A program made the position numbers and the translations under genes. Below the pieces are notes generated by a model, which was given only the letters and a program-made list of their open reading frames with translations, was not told where the DNA came from and did not search any database. This document shows, in pieces, positions 1 to 8,251 of a DNA stretch of 30,799 bases. The stretch lies in the sequence record SRR31156797_5219; one strand, written 5' to 3'. Position 1 is the stretch's first letter. Each line of letters begins with the position of its first letter.

Positions 1-353
1 ACAGTAATAGACCTGTTCGCCTTAACTGCGAGCGCAAATGTGTTGTCCATGATGAGCTTATCTGTTTCGTTTATAAGGTCGTCACGGCTGTCGTCAGGGA
101 AGAATTTCGCTGGGGTAAAGAAACCGCTGCTCTCATCAACAAGGAGGAAACCAGCAGATTTTATACCTGCAAGTTTTGATACTTTTTTATATGCACGCTC
201 AATAATTGAATCCGTACTATCCAGCTTATTAAGGCTGGTAGTAAGGTCATCAACCTCAACAACATGCTCTAACGCTTTAATAGAATTGACTTTGTCCTGA
301 GTGAGAAATTCAACCTTCTCCTCAAGAAACAAAAGCCTGTCTTTATCATTCAT
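1..353 (-). CDS. N-terminal part of a probable signal-transduction protein (GAF-like N-terminus), running off the left edge of the window
   Basis: Not in the ORF track. My translation from ATG 353 (ATGA overlap with the HDOD stop) is open to the window edge: MNDKDRLLFLEEKVEFLTQDKVNSIKALEHVVEVDDLTTSLNKLDSTDSIIERAYKKVSKLAGIKSAGFLLVDE... The output domain lies outside the window. Confidence 0.7.
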   Translation of the reverse strand, partial: MNDKDRLLFLEEKVEFLTQDKVNSIKALEHVVEVDDLTTSLNKLDSTDSIIERAYKKVSKLAGIKSAGFLLVDESSGFFTPAKFFPDDSRDDLINETDKLIMDNTFALAVKANRSIT

Positions 354-1603
354 CTATTCACCGAAAAAAATACATCCTCTATCTCTTCTATCTGTCTTTC
401 CGACTGATTGACGATAGGCTGTATAACGGAAGGGGATAGCCCGAGGCTGTCCCATATTTTTTCATTTATAGTAGGAACCACTGTTGATATGGAAACCGGA
501 GCACCGAAAGCTATCGAAAGCACATCAGCGATATTTATAATCGAAGGCTCGATATCAACCGGGGCTTCTGTATGGTGGAATCTTACATTTTTTATCAGTT
601 TAGCAGGGAATTTCCACTTCTCCATAAGGGTGCTTCCAACGTCAGCATGTTCGAATCCGAAAACATCCTTTTCAATCTTTGAAAGCGGAACAGACTCAGA
701 CATACTCCTGTAAAGTGAATACGCCGAATGCTCCGGCATTGAACGGAAGATAACAAGCCTGCCGACATCATGCAGCAGACCGGAGACAAAAAGCCTCTCG
801 GTAGAAACGCCATCAACATAAGTTCCGAGCAGTCTTGCAAAAACACCGCACGCAATCGAATGTCTCCAGAAAAGTCTCATATTCGTAAGCTGATTAGGTA
901 TGCCCTTAAAAGCTTCTATGGCAGAGATGCCAACAGCAAGTGTCGCAAGCTCTTTTGTGCCTATAATAGTGATCGCTCTGTGTATAGAATCTATTTTAGA
1001 AGGGAAACTGTAAAAAGCGCTGTTAACTATCTTCAGAAGCTTAGCTGAAAGGCTAGTATCCTTCTCTACAACATCAGCCATGTGTGACGCTGAGCTTTTC
1101 GGCGAGTTAAGCACTTCGTTAATCTTATAGTAAATATCAGGAAATGATGCGAGACCAACCTCTTTGCTGATTATCCAGCTTGCTGACATCTTCGCTTTAT
1201 CAAGAACTTCAGGCACTTCGACCTTTGCTATAGCTGTCTCTTTAAGAGCTTCCTCAAGCTTTACTTCGCCGCTCCTGAGAGCACCAGCGACCGTAAGCTT
1301 GTTAAGCCTGTACACTTCTTTGGTTACACCCACTGAGAGGTCCGTATTTTTGTAGTTTTGTTCGAGTATTTTCTCAGCCGCTTCGATAATCTCTTCAGAA
1401 AACTCAGACTCAGCTTCACTGTCCAGCACGCTCTTGTCAACGCCCTCAACAAAAGCCTCTGTAATACCCCACGAGCGGGCAATCTTGATATGCTTAGTCT
1501 CAAATATCGCACCTGCACCGAGCAGGAAGCGACCATTCGGGCAGACAAGATCTTGCTCCAGCGCCATACCGGGTTTTATATCATCAATGTAAACTAGTCC
1601 CAT
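350..1603 (-). CDS. HDOD domain-containing protein
   Basis: HDOD motifs LASFPDIY, DTSLSAKLLKIVNSAFY, FWRHSIACG, GLLHDVGRL, FGFEHADVG..LMEKWKFP, VRFHH. N-terminal IDDIKPGMALEQDL module. Confidence 0.9.
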   Translation of the reverse strand: MGLVYIDDIKPGMALEQDLVCPNGRFLLGAGAIFETKHIKIARSWGITEAFVEGVDKSVLDSEAESEFSEEIIEAAEKILEQNYKNTDLSVGVTKEVYRLNKLTVAGALRSGEVKLEEALKETAIAKVEVPEVLDKAKMSASWIISKEVGLASFPDIYYKINEVLNSPKSSASHMADVVEKDTSLSAKLLKIVNSAFYSFPSKIDSIHRAITIIGTKELATLAVGISAIEAFKGIPNQLTNMRLFWRHSIACGVFARLLGTYVDGVSTERLFVSGLLHDVGRLVIFRSMPEHSAYSLYRSMSESVPLSKIEKDVFGFEHADVGSTLMEKWKFPAKLIKNVRFHHTEAPVDIEPSIINIADVLSIAFGAPVSISTVVPTINEKIWDSLGLSPSVIQPIVNQSERQIEEIEDVFFSVNR

Positions 1604-1676
1604 TTGTTCATATACCTAATTATAGTTACCTTTCTATAGCATATCTGCTCACGTGAAACAATCCATTAATTGCAAA

Positions 1677-4352
1677 TCAGCCGTAGTAAAGGATTATCGT
1701 GAACTTCGCTCCGCCTTCAATATTATCGGCCTTCAGAAGACCGTCCATATGCTCTTCTATCATCACCTTAGACATGTAAAGTCCTATACCTGTACCTTCG
1801 CCTTCCGGTTTGGTTGTATAGTAAGGATCAAATATGCTTATGAGACTGTCTTCCGGTATATTTCCACCATCATTACTGATTTCGATAACCACTCTGGTTT
1901 CTTCGAAAACAACTCTTAAATTAATACTTCCATCAATTTTAACAAGCTTTGATCTCTGTTCAGAGATAGCATCCCTAGCATTCTGAAGGATATTCAGCAA
2001 AACCTGCTTCATCTCGCTGGAGCTGATAAGAACATCTTCGCCATAGCTAATGTCCTGATCAGGAAGCTGATCTTCAAACTCATCTACGGTATTATCATGA
2101 TATATCTCAATCTTATACGAGATATTCTGGTTCCTAAGCTGAGTCGATATCAAAGCCATACTGTCAGACATCACATCGACTATACTCACCTTCTCTTTAA
2201 TATTATTTGAGTGAAAGAAATTTCTAAAATCATCAATCGTTATAGACATATGATTTATAAGATTCATGGAGGTCCCCACAAAGTTATTAAGAAATTTCGC
2301 ATTAACCTCCCCTGCCTCGTATGCATCTTCAATATCCTGAGTGTACAACGCAAGGGCGTTCAAAGGCTGCCTCCACTGATGTGCGATTGCGCTAATCATC
2401 TGTCCCATTGCAGCAAATTTAGCCTGTTCGAAAAGCATCTGCTCATTCTTTCTGCGCTTATCCGCCTCATCACTGATACGGTCTTCAAGGTTTTTGTTGA
2501 TCTCCTCAAGCTGCACTTTTCTGTTTACAAGCTCACGGTCGATCCTGATTCTATCTGTAATATCACGAAACACATAGACGAAACCGATAATGTCACCTTT
2601 ATTATCCAACATGGCTGATGAGGTGAGGTTCACTGTTACAATCCCTGCATGCTTGCTTACGATGTTTGCTCTGAAGTTCTTTCTCGATTTATTGCCTACG
2701 GTTATGAGCTCGCTTGAGAGGTCTTCTCCACTCTCATAGTCGTATATCTGTAAGATATCAGAAATGTTGTGCCCGATAATATAGCGGTATTTCTGTGCTA
2801 ATATAGCCTCAGCGATACTGTTCATAAGGGTAATTCGACCACTCCTGTCTGCAGCCATAACCCCCTCTCCAATGCTTTTCAAGGTAACATCGAGCCTCTC
2901 TTTTTCACTTTCGAGAGCTTTCTGCACCCTTGTAATCTCCGTAATATCTATAAATACAACAATAAGATCCGTAATATCCTCATTAAGCCTGACCATAGGG
3001 TGCACGGTGCACATTACAGGGAAACGTATCCCGTTCTTTTTCATCATATCAAAATTAGCCGAGGTCATGTCTCCTCTGGCGACAGCCTCTCTTTTAAGCC
3101 TGTCCAGTTCATCACCGCCAAAAACAAGCGCCGCAGGGTGCATACCTATCATCTCAGATAGCTTATAGCCGGAAATCAGCTGAGCACCAACATTTGCATC
3201 AATGATAATACTATCGTCATCACTTGATATAACTATGATCCCTGTGTTAGTGGTTGAGTCAAATATTGATCGAACATATTCCTCTTTTTCACGAAGAGCT
3301 TTCTCTCGCTTAATGATCTTTTCAGACATATTCTCAAAGCCGTCGTAAAGGGTCCTCAGTTCGCTGAAAACATCCTTCTCCTCACTGCTGAAAGTAACAT
3401 GCTCACCCCGTGAAAGCAGCTCACTTCTGTCGGTGAGTGTTCTAATAGGCGTAATGAGTTTCTTCCTTATAAACATAAGAACAACCAGTATAAACAGCAT
3501 CCCGAGAAGGGCTGTAACTATTGTAACTTTATAAACATCTTTAAAATACTTGTAAGCCTCTCTCTCCGACTGCTCCACCACCATATACCAACCTGAAGCA
3601 GGAAGCTTATATCCGGCCCCTATCTTCAGTTCGCCATCGTACAGATATCCCGAAACGATATGATTCCCGTTATAAGATTCTGCAACAGCTGGATGGGTAA
3701 AAAGGTTGTCATACTCGACTTTTAAGCCTTCGTGGCTGACAGACACTATATCTCCCCTATCATCCACTATAAAGATATCAAGCTCATCGAGACGGCTTGT
3801 TCTGGAGAAGTCTAATGTAAGAAATTTCAGATTGAGGTCGCCTACAACATATCCGCCGTGATATCTCACAGAAACTCTGACTACATAGTTGTTAGTAACC
3901 AGAGAGCGAAAAGGTCTGCTCCAGTAGAGGTGATTATCTGTAAAAGCTTTTACACTGTTTAATTTAATTCCGATAAAATCTTCACTCGCATACTTGCTCA
4001 TATTACCGTAGGAGATGTTTTTAATTTTCATTTCTTCATCAAGGATATATAAAGTATCGAGTATTATAAAGTTTGCCATTCCGCTCTGCAAAAGTTCCTC
4101 AGCCCTCTTGCTGTCATGGCTATACCCAAGGGAATCAGCAACAGTCTTAAGATATCTAGCCGGAGCCTCGAGCCTGGTATTCACTTTTGTAGAGAGTGTA
4201 TAGCTTATTGTCTGCAGGTCATTAGCGACTCTGTCACGGTTGCTGTCGTATACAGCCACGAGGAAAAAGCATACCACACCGATCATAGGAAGTATGAGAA
4301 CAAAGGTAAAAATAAGTATAAAAAGTCTATTTATACTTGTGCGTGTTTTCAT
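1677..4352 (-). CDS. Membrane sensor histidine kinase (TM, Cache-like, TM, HAMP, two PAS, HisKA, HATPase)
   Basis: Two hydrophobic helices flank a periplasmic domain. PAS ends FIDITE and FRDITDR. H-box IAHQWRQPL, N-box NILQNARDA, FDPYYTTK, GTGIGLY. Confidence 0.92.
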   Translation of the reverse strand: MKTRTSINRLFILIFTFVLILPMIGVVCFFLVAVYDSNRDRVANDLQTISYTLSTKVNTRLEAPARYLKTVADSLGYSHDSKRAEELLQSGMANFIILDTLYILDEEMKIKNISYGNMSKYASEDFIGIKLNSVKAFTDNHLYWSRPFRSLVTNNYVVRVSVRYHGGYVVGDLNLKFLTLDFSRTSRLDELDIFIVDDRGDIVSVSHEGLKVEYDNLFTHPAVAESYNGNHIVSGYLYDGELKIGAGYKLPASGWYMVVEQSEREAYKYFKDVYKVTIVTALLGMLFILVVLMFIRKKLITPIRTLTDRSELLSRGEHVTFSSEEKDVFSELRTLYDGFENMSEKIIKREKALREKEEYVRSIFDSTTNTGIIVISSDDDSIIIDANVGAQLISGYKLSEMIGMHPAALVFGGDELDRLKREAVARGDMTSANFDMMKKNGIRFPVMCTVHPMVRLNEDITDLIVVFIDITEITRVQKALESEKERLDVTLKSIGEGVMAADRSGRITLMNSIAEAILAQKYRYIIGHNISDILQIYDYESGEDLSSELITVGNKSRKNFRANIVSKHAGIVTVNLTSSAMLDNKGDIIGFVYVFRDITDRIRIDRELVNRKVQLEEINKNLEDRISDEADKRRKNEQMLFEQAKFAAMGQMISAIAHQWRQPLNALALYTQDIEDAYEAGEVNAKFLNNFVGTSMNLINHMSITIDDFRNFFHSNNIKEKVSIVDVMSDSMALISTQLRNQNISYKIEIYHDNTVDEFEDQLPDQDISYGEDVLISSSEMKQVLLNILQNARDAISEQRSKLVKIDGSINLRVVFEETRVVIEISNDGGNIPEDSLISIFDPYYTTKPEGEGTGIGLYMSKVMIEEHMDGLLKADNIEGGAKFTIILYYG

Positions 4353-5446
4353 TCAGCTATGCCTTTATGTATAGTCTCCCCATTTTCAATAATAAAGTAA
4401 TGTAGAGGTAAATACGCATCGCCATATTTATCCAGCTCAAGATTAAGCAGAAGCTTGTTTCTCTTTGTCTCTTCAGCAAGAGCTTTAGTAAATTCTGCTC
4501 CTGAATGGATATCATCCATAGATTCAATAAGTATTCTGGCAGTTTCATAGCCGTAAACGCTCATCCACGCAGGTTCTTTATGGAAACGCTCTTTATAGCT
4601 TTTATAAAAACTGAGGTAATCCGGCGTCTTCTTATTTATGTAATAGTCAAAGACCATTACTCCTTCGACAGCATCTCCTCCCAGCCTGTAAAAATCATTC
4701 GAAGCAGCCCACTTTCTTATGAGAATTTTAGATTTGAACCCCTTCTTTCTCACCTGCCAGATAAGAAGAGAGGTATCCATAGCTGAGCCGATAATGTAAT
4801 AAAGACTCGGCGGATTCGCTGCATCATCAGTCAAAAGGCTACTTAGGCTCTCATCTGTATCAGGGTCAAACGACCTGACATCTTTTATCTCGCCGCCATT
4901 ATTCATATAAGCTTCGCTGAATTTTTTGACGATGTCACTTGAGTAAGACGAATTCCTGCTATCGTACAGGATGACTATGTCATTATACTCTAATTTATCA
5001 ATAAGATACTTTGAGATAACCTCCGCCTGCTTATAGCTGTTGTGCGGCATAGTTCTTGTAAAGTTATCTTTTTTCCCTGCCAGTGCAGAGGTGCTTGTGG
5101 TAGGGCTTATCATATAAAGACCTTTCGAATCGATCATAGGGACTGTAGCCGTAGCAACACTGCTAAGACTCGGTCCTATGACGTAACGAACGCCATTTTC
5201 AGCCAGTTCAGCAGAAATATTAACGCCCTCAGCAGGTTTGCCAAAATCATCTTTGACGATAAGATTAATCTTTTCAGCCATTCTTGATTGTTCCACAGCG
5301 AGAACAACACCCTGAAGAATCCCTTGTCCAAGGTCAGAGTATCGACCGGAAAGTGTTCCTATATAACCTATATCAATCTTGTCTTGCTTCTTCTCACAGC
5401 CGATAAATGTTATCAGCAGGAGAGATATGATTATAGTCCGTAGCAA
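4349..5446 (-). CDS. LivJ/LivK-type periplasmic binding lipoprotein
   Basis: Lipobox-like FIGC. IDIGYIGTLSG, VKDDFGKP, VIGPSLSS, ISPTTST, YGYETA motifs. TTG start after a GAGGG RBS. Stop overlaps the kinase start. Confidence 0.85.
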   Translation of the reverse strand: MLRTIIISLLLITFIGCEKKQDKIDIGYIGTLSGRYSDLGQGILQGVVLAVEQSRMAEKINLIVKDDFGKPAEGVNISAELAENGVRYVIGPSLSSVATATVPMIDSKGLYMISPTTSTSALAGKKDNFTRTMPHNSYKQAEVISKYLIDKLEYNDIVILYDSRNSSYSSDIVKKFSEAYMNNGGEIKDVRSFDPDTDESLSSLLTDDAANPPSLYYIIGSAMDTSLLIWQVRKKGFKSKILIRKWAASNDFYRLGGDAVEGVMVFDYYINKKTPDYLSFYKSYKERFHKEPAWMSVYGYETARILIESMDDIHSGAEFTKALAEETKRNKLLLNLELDKYGDAYLPLHYFIIENGETIHKGIAE

Positions 5447-5476
5447 TGTAATAACCCTCTTAATAAATAATAATTA

Positions 5477-5505
5477 AATATAACACGTAGTTATTTTACG
5501 AACAA
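5477..5505 (-). promoter_or_regulatory. Putative sigma-70 promoter of the binding protein/kinase genes
   Basis: Minus strand TTGTTC-N17-TATATT with a TG extension before the -10. Confidence 0.45.
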
Positions 5506-5521
5506 TCATATTTGTATATAC

Positions 5522-5552
5522 TTAAAAGGGGGCAGTTGCCCGCCCCCTAAAA
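5522..5552 (-). terminator. Intrinsic terminator closing the flagellin-like operon
   Basis: Minus strand AGGGGGC-GGGCAACT-GCCCCCT followed by TTT, a few nt after the stop at 5558. Confidence 0.8.
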
Positions 5553-5557
5553 CCTAC

Positions 5558-5806
5558 TCAGGCCATCTTGTCAAGGTTTGCACCCTTTCCAGACTGCCTA
5601 TCTGATCTGAGTTCTTCTTTATGCTCTCTAGCAACACGCTCTTTTGTCTGCACCTGCTCTCTGCGCTCAGTTTCAAGAGCCTGCTCATGAATCCGCTCAG
5701 ACCTTGCTCTGTCTTGTGCACGTAACTCTTTGCTCTCCTGCATACGCTTGTGCTGCTGATCTGCGTACTGAGCATTAGGAGTTACCCTGTCTTCTATCCT
5801 AGCCAT
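5558..5806 (-). CDS. Small charged coiled-coil protein with C-terminal GKGANLDKMA (YjfB/motility-type tail)
   Basis: 82 aa, E/R/Q-rich. GGGAGG RBS upstream. Followed directly by a terminator. Confidence 0.75.
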   Translation of the reverse strand: MARIEDRVTPNAQYADQQHKRMQESKELRAQDRARSERIHEQALETERREQVQTKERVAREHKEELRSDRQSGKGANLDKMA

Positions 5807-5827
5807 AACGGCCTCCCTTCCAGAGGC

Positions 5828-6175
5828 TTATCCGAGTAACTCGGAGTCAACTTCCGGCTTTTCTGTTCTCGCTTCTGAGTATGCTGAAATATCGTAAGCT
5901 TTTGCCGCCATCTGAGCATACCTGCTCTGGGTCTCTTCTCTGCTGTCGACATAGGCTCTGTTTTGCAGACTCTCTCCGCTTTGTGCGCCTGACTCATTTG
6001 CCATGCTCACCGCTGTACCGGAAAGTTCAACCTTATCCATGCTTTTCGACATGGTTTCGGTACTCATCCGGTTGGTGTAAGCACTTTCTAAGCTCGCTTT
6101 TTCGCTCTTACGCTCCGAGCCCTGCATTCTGTTTGCCTGCATAAAGCCGGAAGCGATTTCTCTGCTTATCTCCAT
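5828..6175 (-). CDS. Small low-complexity protein with FlgM-like DKVELSxxA motif
   Basis: 115 aa, S/E/A/M-rich. Strong GAGGAGGT RBS. Starts 18 nt after the flagellin-like stop. Confidence 0.78.
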   Translation of the reverse strand: MEISREIASGFMQANRMQGSERKSEKASLESAYTNRMSTETMSKSMDKVELSGTAVSMANESGAQSGESLQNRAYVDSREETQSRYAQMAAKAYDISAYSEARTEKPEVDSELLG

Positions 6176-6193
6176 GACTTACCTCCTCTATAT

Positions 6194-8194
6194 TTATGAA
6201 CCACTTATTACTCCTAAAAGCTGTAACACTCTCTGGGGAGCGACATTTGCCTGTGCGGTCATAGCTGCTGCGGCATCTCTCCCTGCTGTTGCGAGATAGT
6301 AGTTAGCTGTCTCCTCAGCGAAATCAGCATCTTCGTGAAGACTGAGATTCTGCTGATACTCGAGATTCATATTTTCTAAAAATGATGAGTGAGTGCTAAA
6401 GCTGTTTACAAGGCTTCCGACATTTGATGAAACCTCGCTCACTGTATCTGATGCTGAATCGACAAGGCTTATCGCTGCCTGCGATCCTGAATCTGTTGTA
6501 AGATCGATACCGTATGTTCCGTCTGCACGAACAAGACCTAAACCATTTGCTGATACGTCTCTGATGAATATTTCAATTCCGTCATCACCGCCGTTAGCGT
6601 TGGTCACCTGATTGATTGACTTGTCAGCAACATTGACATAGCCGGAGGATAGCTCTGCACCATGAGCAACTTCGATCACAAGGTTATCCTCAAGATCGTT
6701 AAAGTAACCTGTGGCAGAATCATACTCCTGACCATTATATTTAAGGCTCGCATCAGCACCTGTCCCCGCCTCTTCTGTGAGCCCGAGTGTGCTGACAAAA
6801 TCGCCTGACTGATCGTACATGCTTAGCCTGTATTCATTTCCGTACTCTGTCGCTTCGATATTAAGCATGCTTCCGCTGGAACTTGTGACAAGCTCAGCCG
6901 TTGCGACATCGGTTCCGCCGTTATTGATGGCACTGACAATATCACTAAGCTGGTCTTCGCCTGTATAGCTCACTGTAAAAGAGGCTGTGGAATTACCTAT
7001 AGAGATAGTTCCGCCTGCGGATTCAAGAGAGCCGTATGTTCCGAACTCTACCTTCCAGATGTCACCGATACCCGCATCAGCGGATGTAAAAGTGAATGTA
7101 CTTCCATCCAGTTTTGATGAATCGTAAGCTTCGAACTCTTCACCAGATGCTACAAATGCACCCATCCTGTTACCGTCCGGGTCATAGGCGGCATATTTTA
7201 GCTCACCACTGTCAAACTGAAATTTGATATCGAAATATGAATTCAGCATCGAATCAGAACCCCAAACACCTGCGACGAGTGATGTGTTCGCTGTGAGCCC
7301 TCTATTACCTTCATCAGAGGTAGTAAGAGTGTTACTTCCATTTGTTGTAGAGAAATTATGCTTATAGTCTGTTGTGTAAGTACCGCCGCTGCTCACTGTG
7401 ATACCCATACCGTTCAGAGTGAATTCTGAATCGAGCGAACCAGATGCTGTGAGCACACCTGTTGAGTTGTTGTACACATTAAACTCAGATGAGCTAGTAA
7501 AGAGAAGCTCATAATTACCTGTAGTGTCAGCATTTGTACCATCAAGTGCGATAGTTCCGGTTGAGCCGAGTGTTTCAGTGTAATCATAATCAGCGTGGGT
7601 AATATCTGCTGATGCAGAAGGACCTACATCCGCATCGAAGAGGTGCTTGGTCGCACCTGCGATATCAGTGAAATGGAAAGATGTAGAATCGATCTTATCC
7701 GTAGCATACCCGTAAAGCCCGAGGTCAGAGCTTGAGAGCTTCGCCCCCATCTCACCATTTAAAAGCTTTTTGGTATTAAACTCTGTAGTCGTAGCTATCT
7801 CGTCAAGCTCGTCGATCAGATCCTCAACTTCCTGCTGTAGGTTCTGTCTGTCCTGAGTTGTGAGACTAGTGCTCTGTGACGCTATCGCCTTTTCTCTTAT
7901 GCTTTCGAGGATAGATGCTATGCCGCCTGTTCCGGTCATTGCACTATCAGCAGTCTGAAGCATGCTGACAGAATCCTGCATATTGTCATTAAGAGTTTTG
8001 TAAGACATGATAGCCGCACGAAACCTAGTGATGTAACCAGTCTCTGAGGGATTATCAGCCGCAGAATTAAACTTTTTCCCGGACGATATCCTCTCTATGG
8101 ACTGATTAACAGCCGTTTGATAGCGATTCATGTAAGTCGCCGCTTTGGACGCAATTGGATTGGTCGCGCTGGAGGCGAAAATTGTACCACTCAT
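6194..8194 (-). CDS. Divergent flagellin-family protein
   Basis: Flagellin N-terminal motifs ERISSGKKFNSAADNPS, NMQDSVSMLQTADSAM, DRQNLQQEVEDLIDELDEIATTTEFNTKKLLNG. C-terminal DADFAEE...AQANVAPQRVLQLLG. Confidence 0.88.
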   Translation of the reverse strand: MSGTIFASSATNPIASKAATYMNRYQTAVNQSIERISSGKKFNSAADNPSETGYITRFRAAIMSYKTLNDNMQDSVSMLQTADSAMTGTGGIASILESIREKAIASQSTSLTTQDRQNLQQEVEDLIDELDEIATTTEFNTKKLLNGEMGAKLSSSDLGLYGYATDKIDSTSFHFTDIAGATKHLFDADVGPSASADITHADYDYTETLGSTGTIALDGTNADTTGNYELLFTSSSEFNVYNNSTGVLTASGSLDSEFTLNGMGITVSSGGTYTTDYKHNFSTTNGSNTLTTSDEGNRGLTANTSLVAGVWGSDSMLNSYFDIKFQFDSGELKYAAYDPDGNRMGAFVASGEEFEAYDSSKLDGSTFTFTSADAGIGDIWKVEFGTYGSLESAGGTISIGNSTASFTVSYTGEDQLSDIVSAINNGGTDVATAELVTSSSGSMLNIEATEYGNEYRLSMYDQSGDFVSTLGLTEEAGTGADASLKYNGQEYDSATGYFNDLEDNLVIEVAHGAELSSGYVNVADKSINQVTNANGGDDGIEIFIRDVSANGLGLVRADGTYGIDLTTDSGSQAAISLVDSASDTVSEVSSNVGSLVNSFSTHSSFLENMNLEYQQNLSLHEDADFAEETANYYLATAGRDAAAAMTAQANVAPQRVLQLLGVISGS

Positions 8195-8211
8195 GGTCGC
8201 ACCTATATTGG

Positions 8212-8244
8212 CACTTCCTTGTTGTGAATTTTGCGCATCCTTGC
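8212..8244 (-). promoter_or_regulatory. Two putative CsrA/RsmA binding sites in the flagellin-like leader
   Basis: mRNA-sense GCA-AGGA-UGC hairpin (8244-8235) and CAC-AACAAGGAA-GUG hairpin (8226-8212), each with ANGGA centred on the loop. Confidence 0.7.
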
Positions 8245-8251
8245 CTTTATC

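Noticed and set aside
40-300. 86-aa plus-strand ORF
   Set aside because: Antisense shadow of the minus-strand gene starting at 353.
5554-6144. Alternative-frame ORFs 5554-5775, 5794-5997 and 5881-6144
   Set aside because: They overlap the two small genes that have strong RBSs, and have no RBS or motif support of their own.
6665-7750. Enzymatic insert in the flagellin (flagellinolysin-type)
   Set aside because: No HExxH or other recognisable catalytic motif in the variable region.
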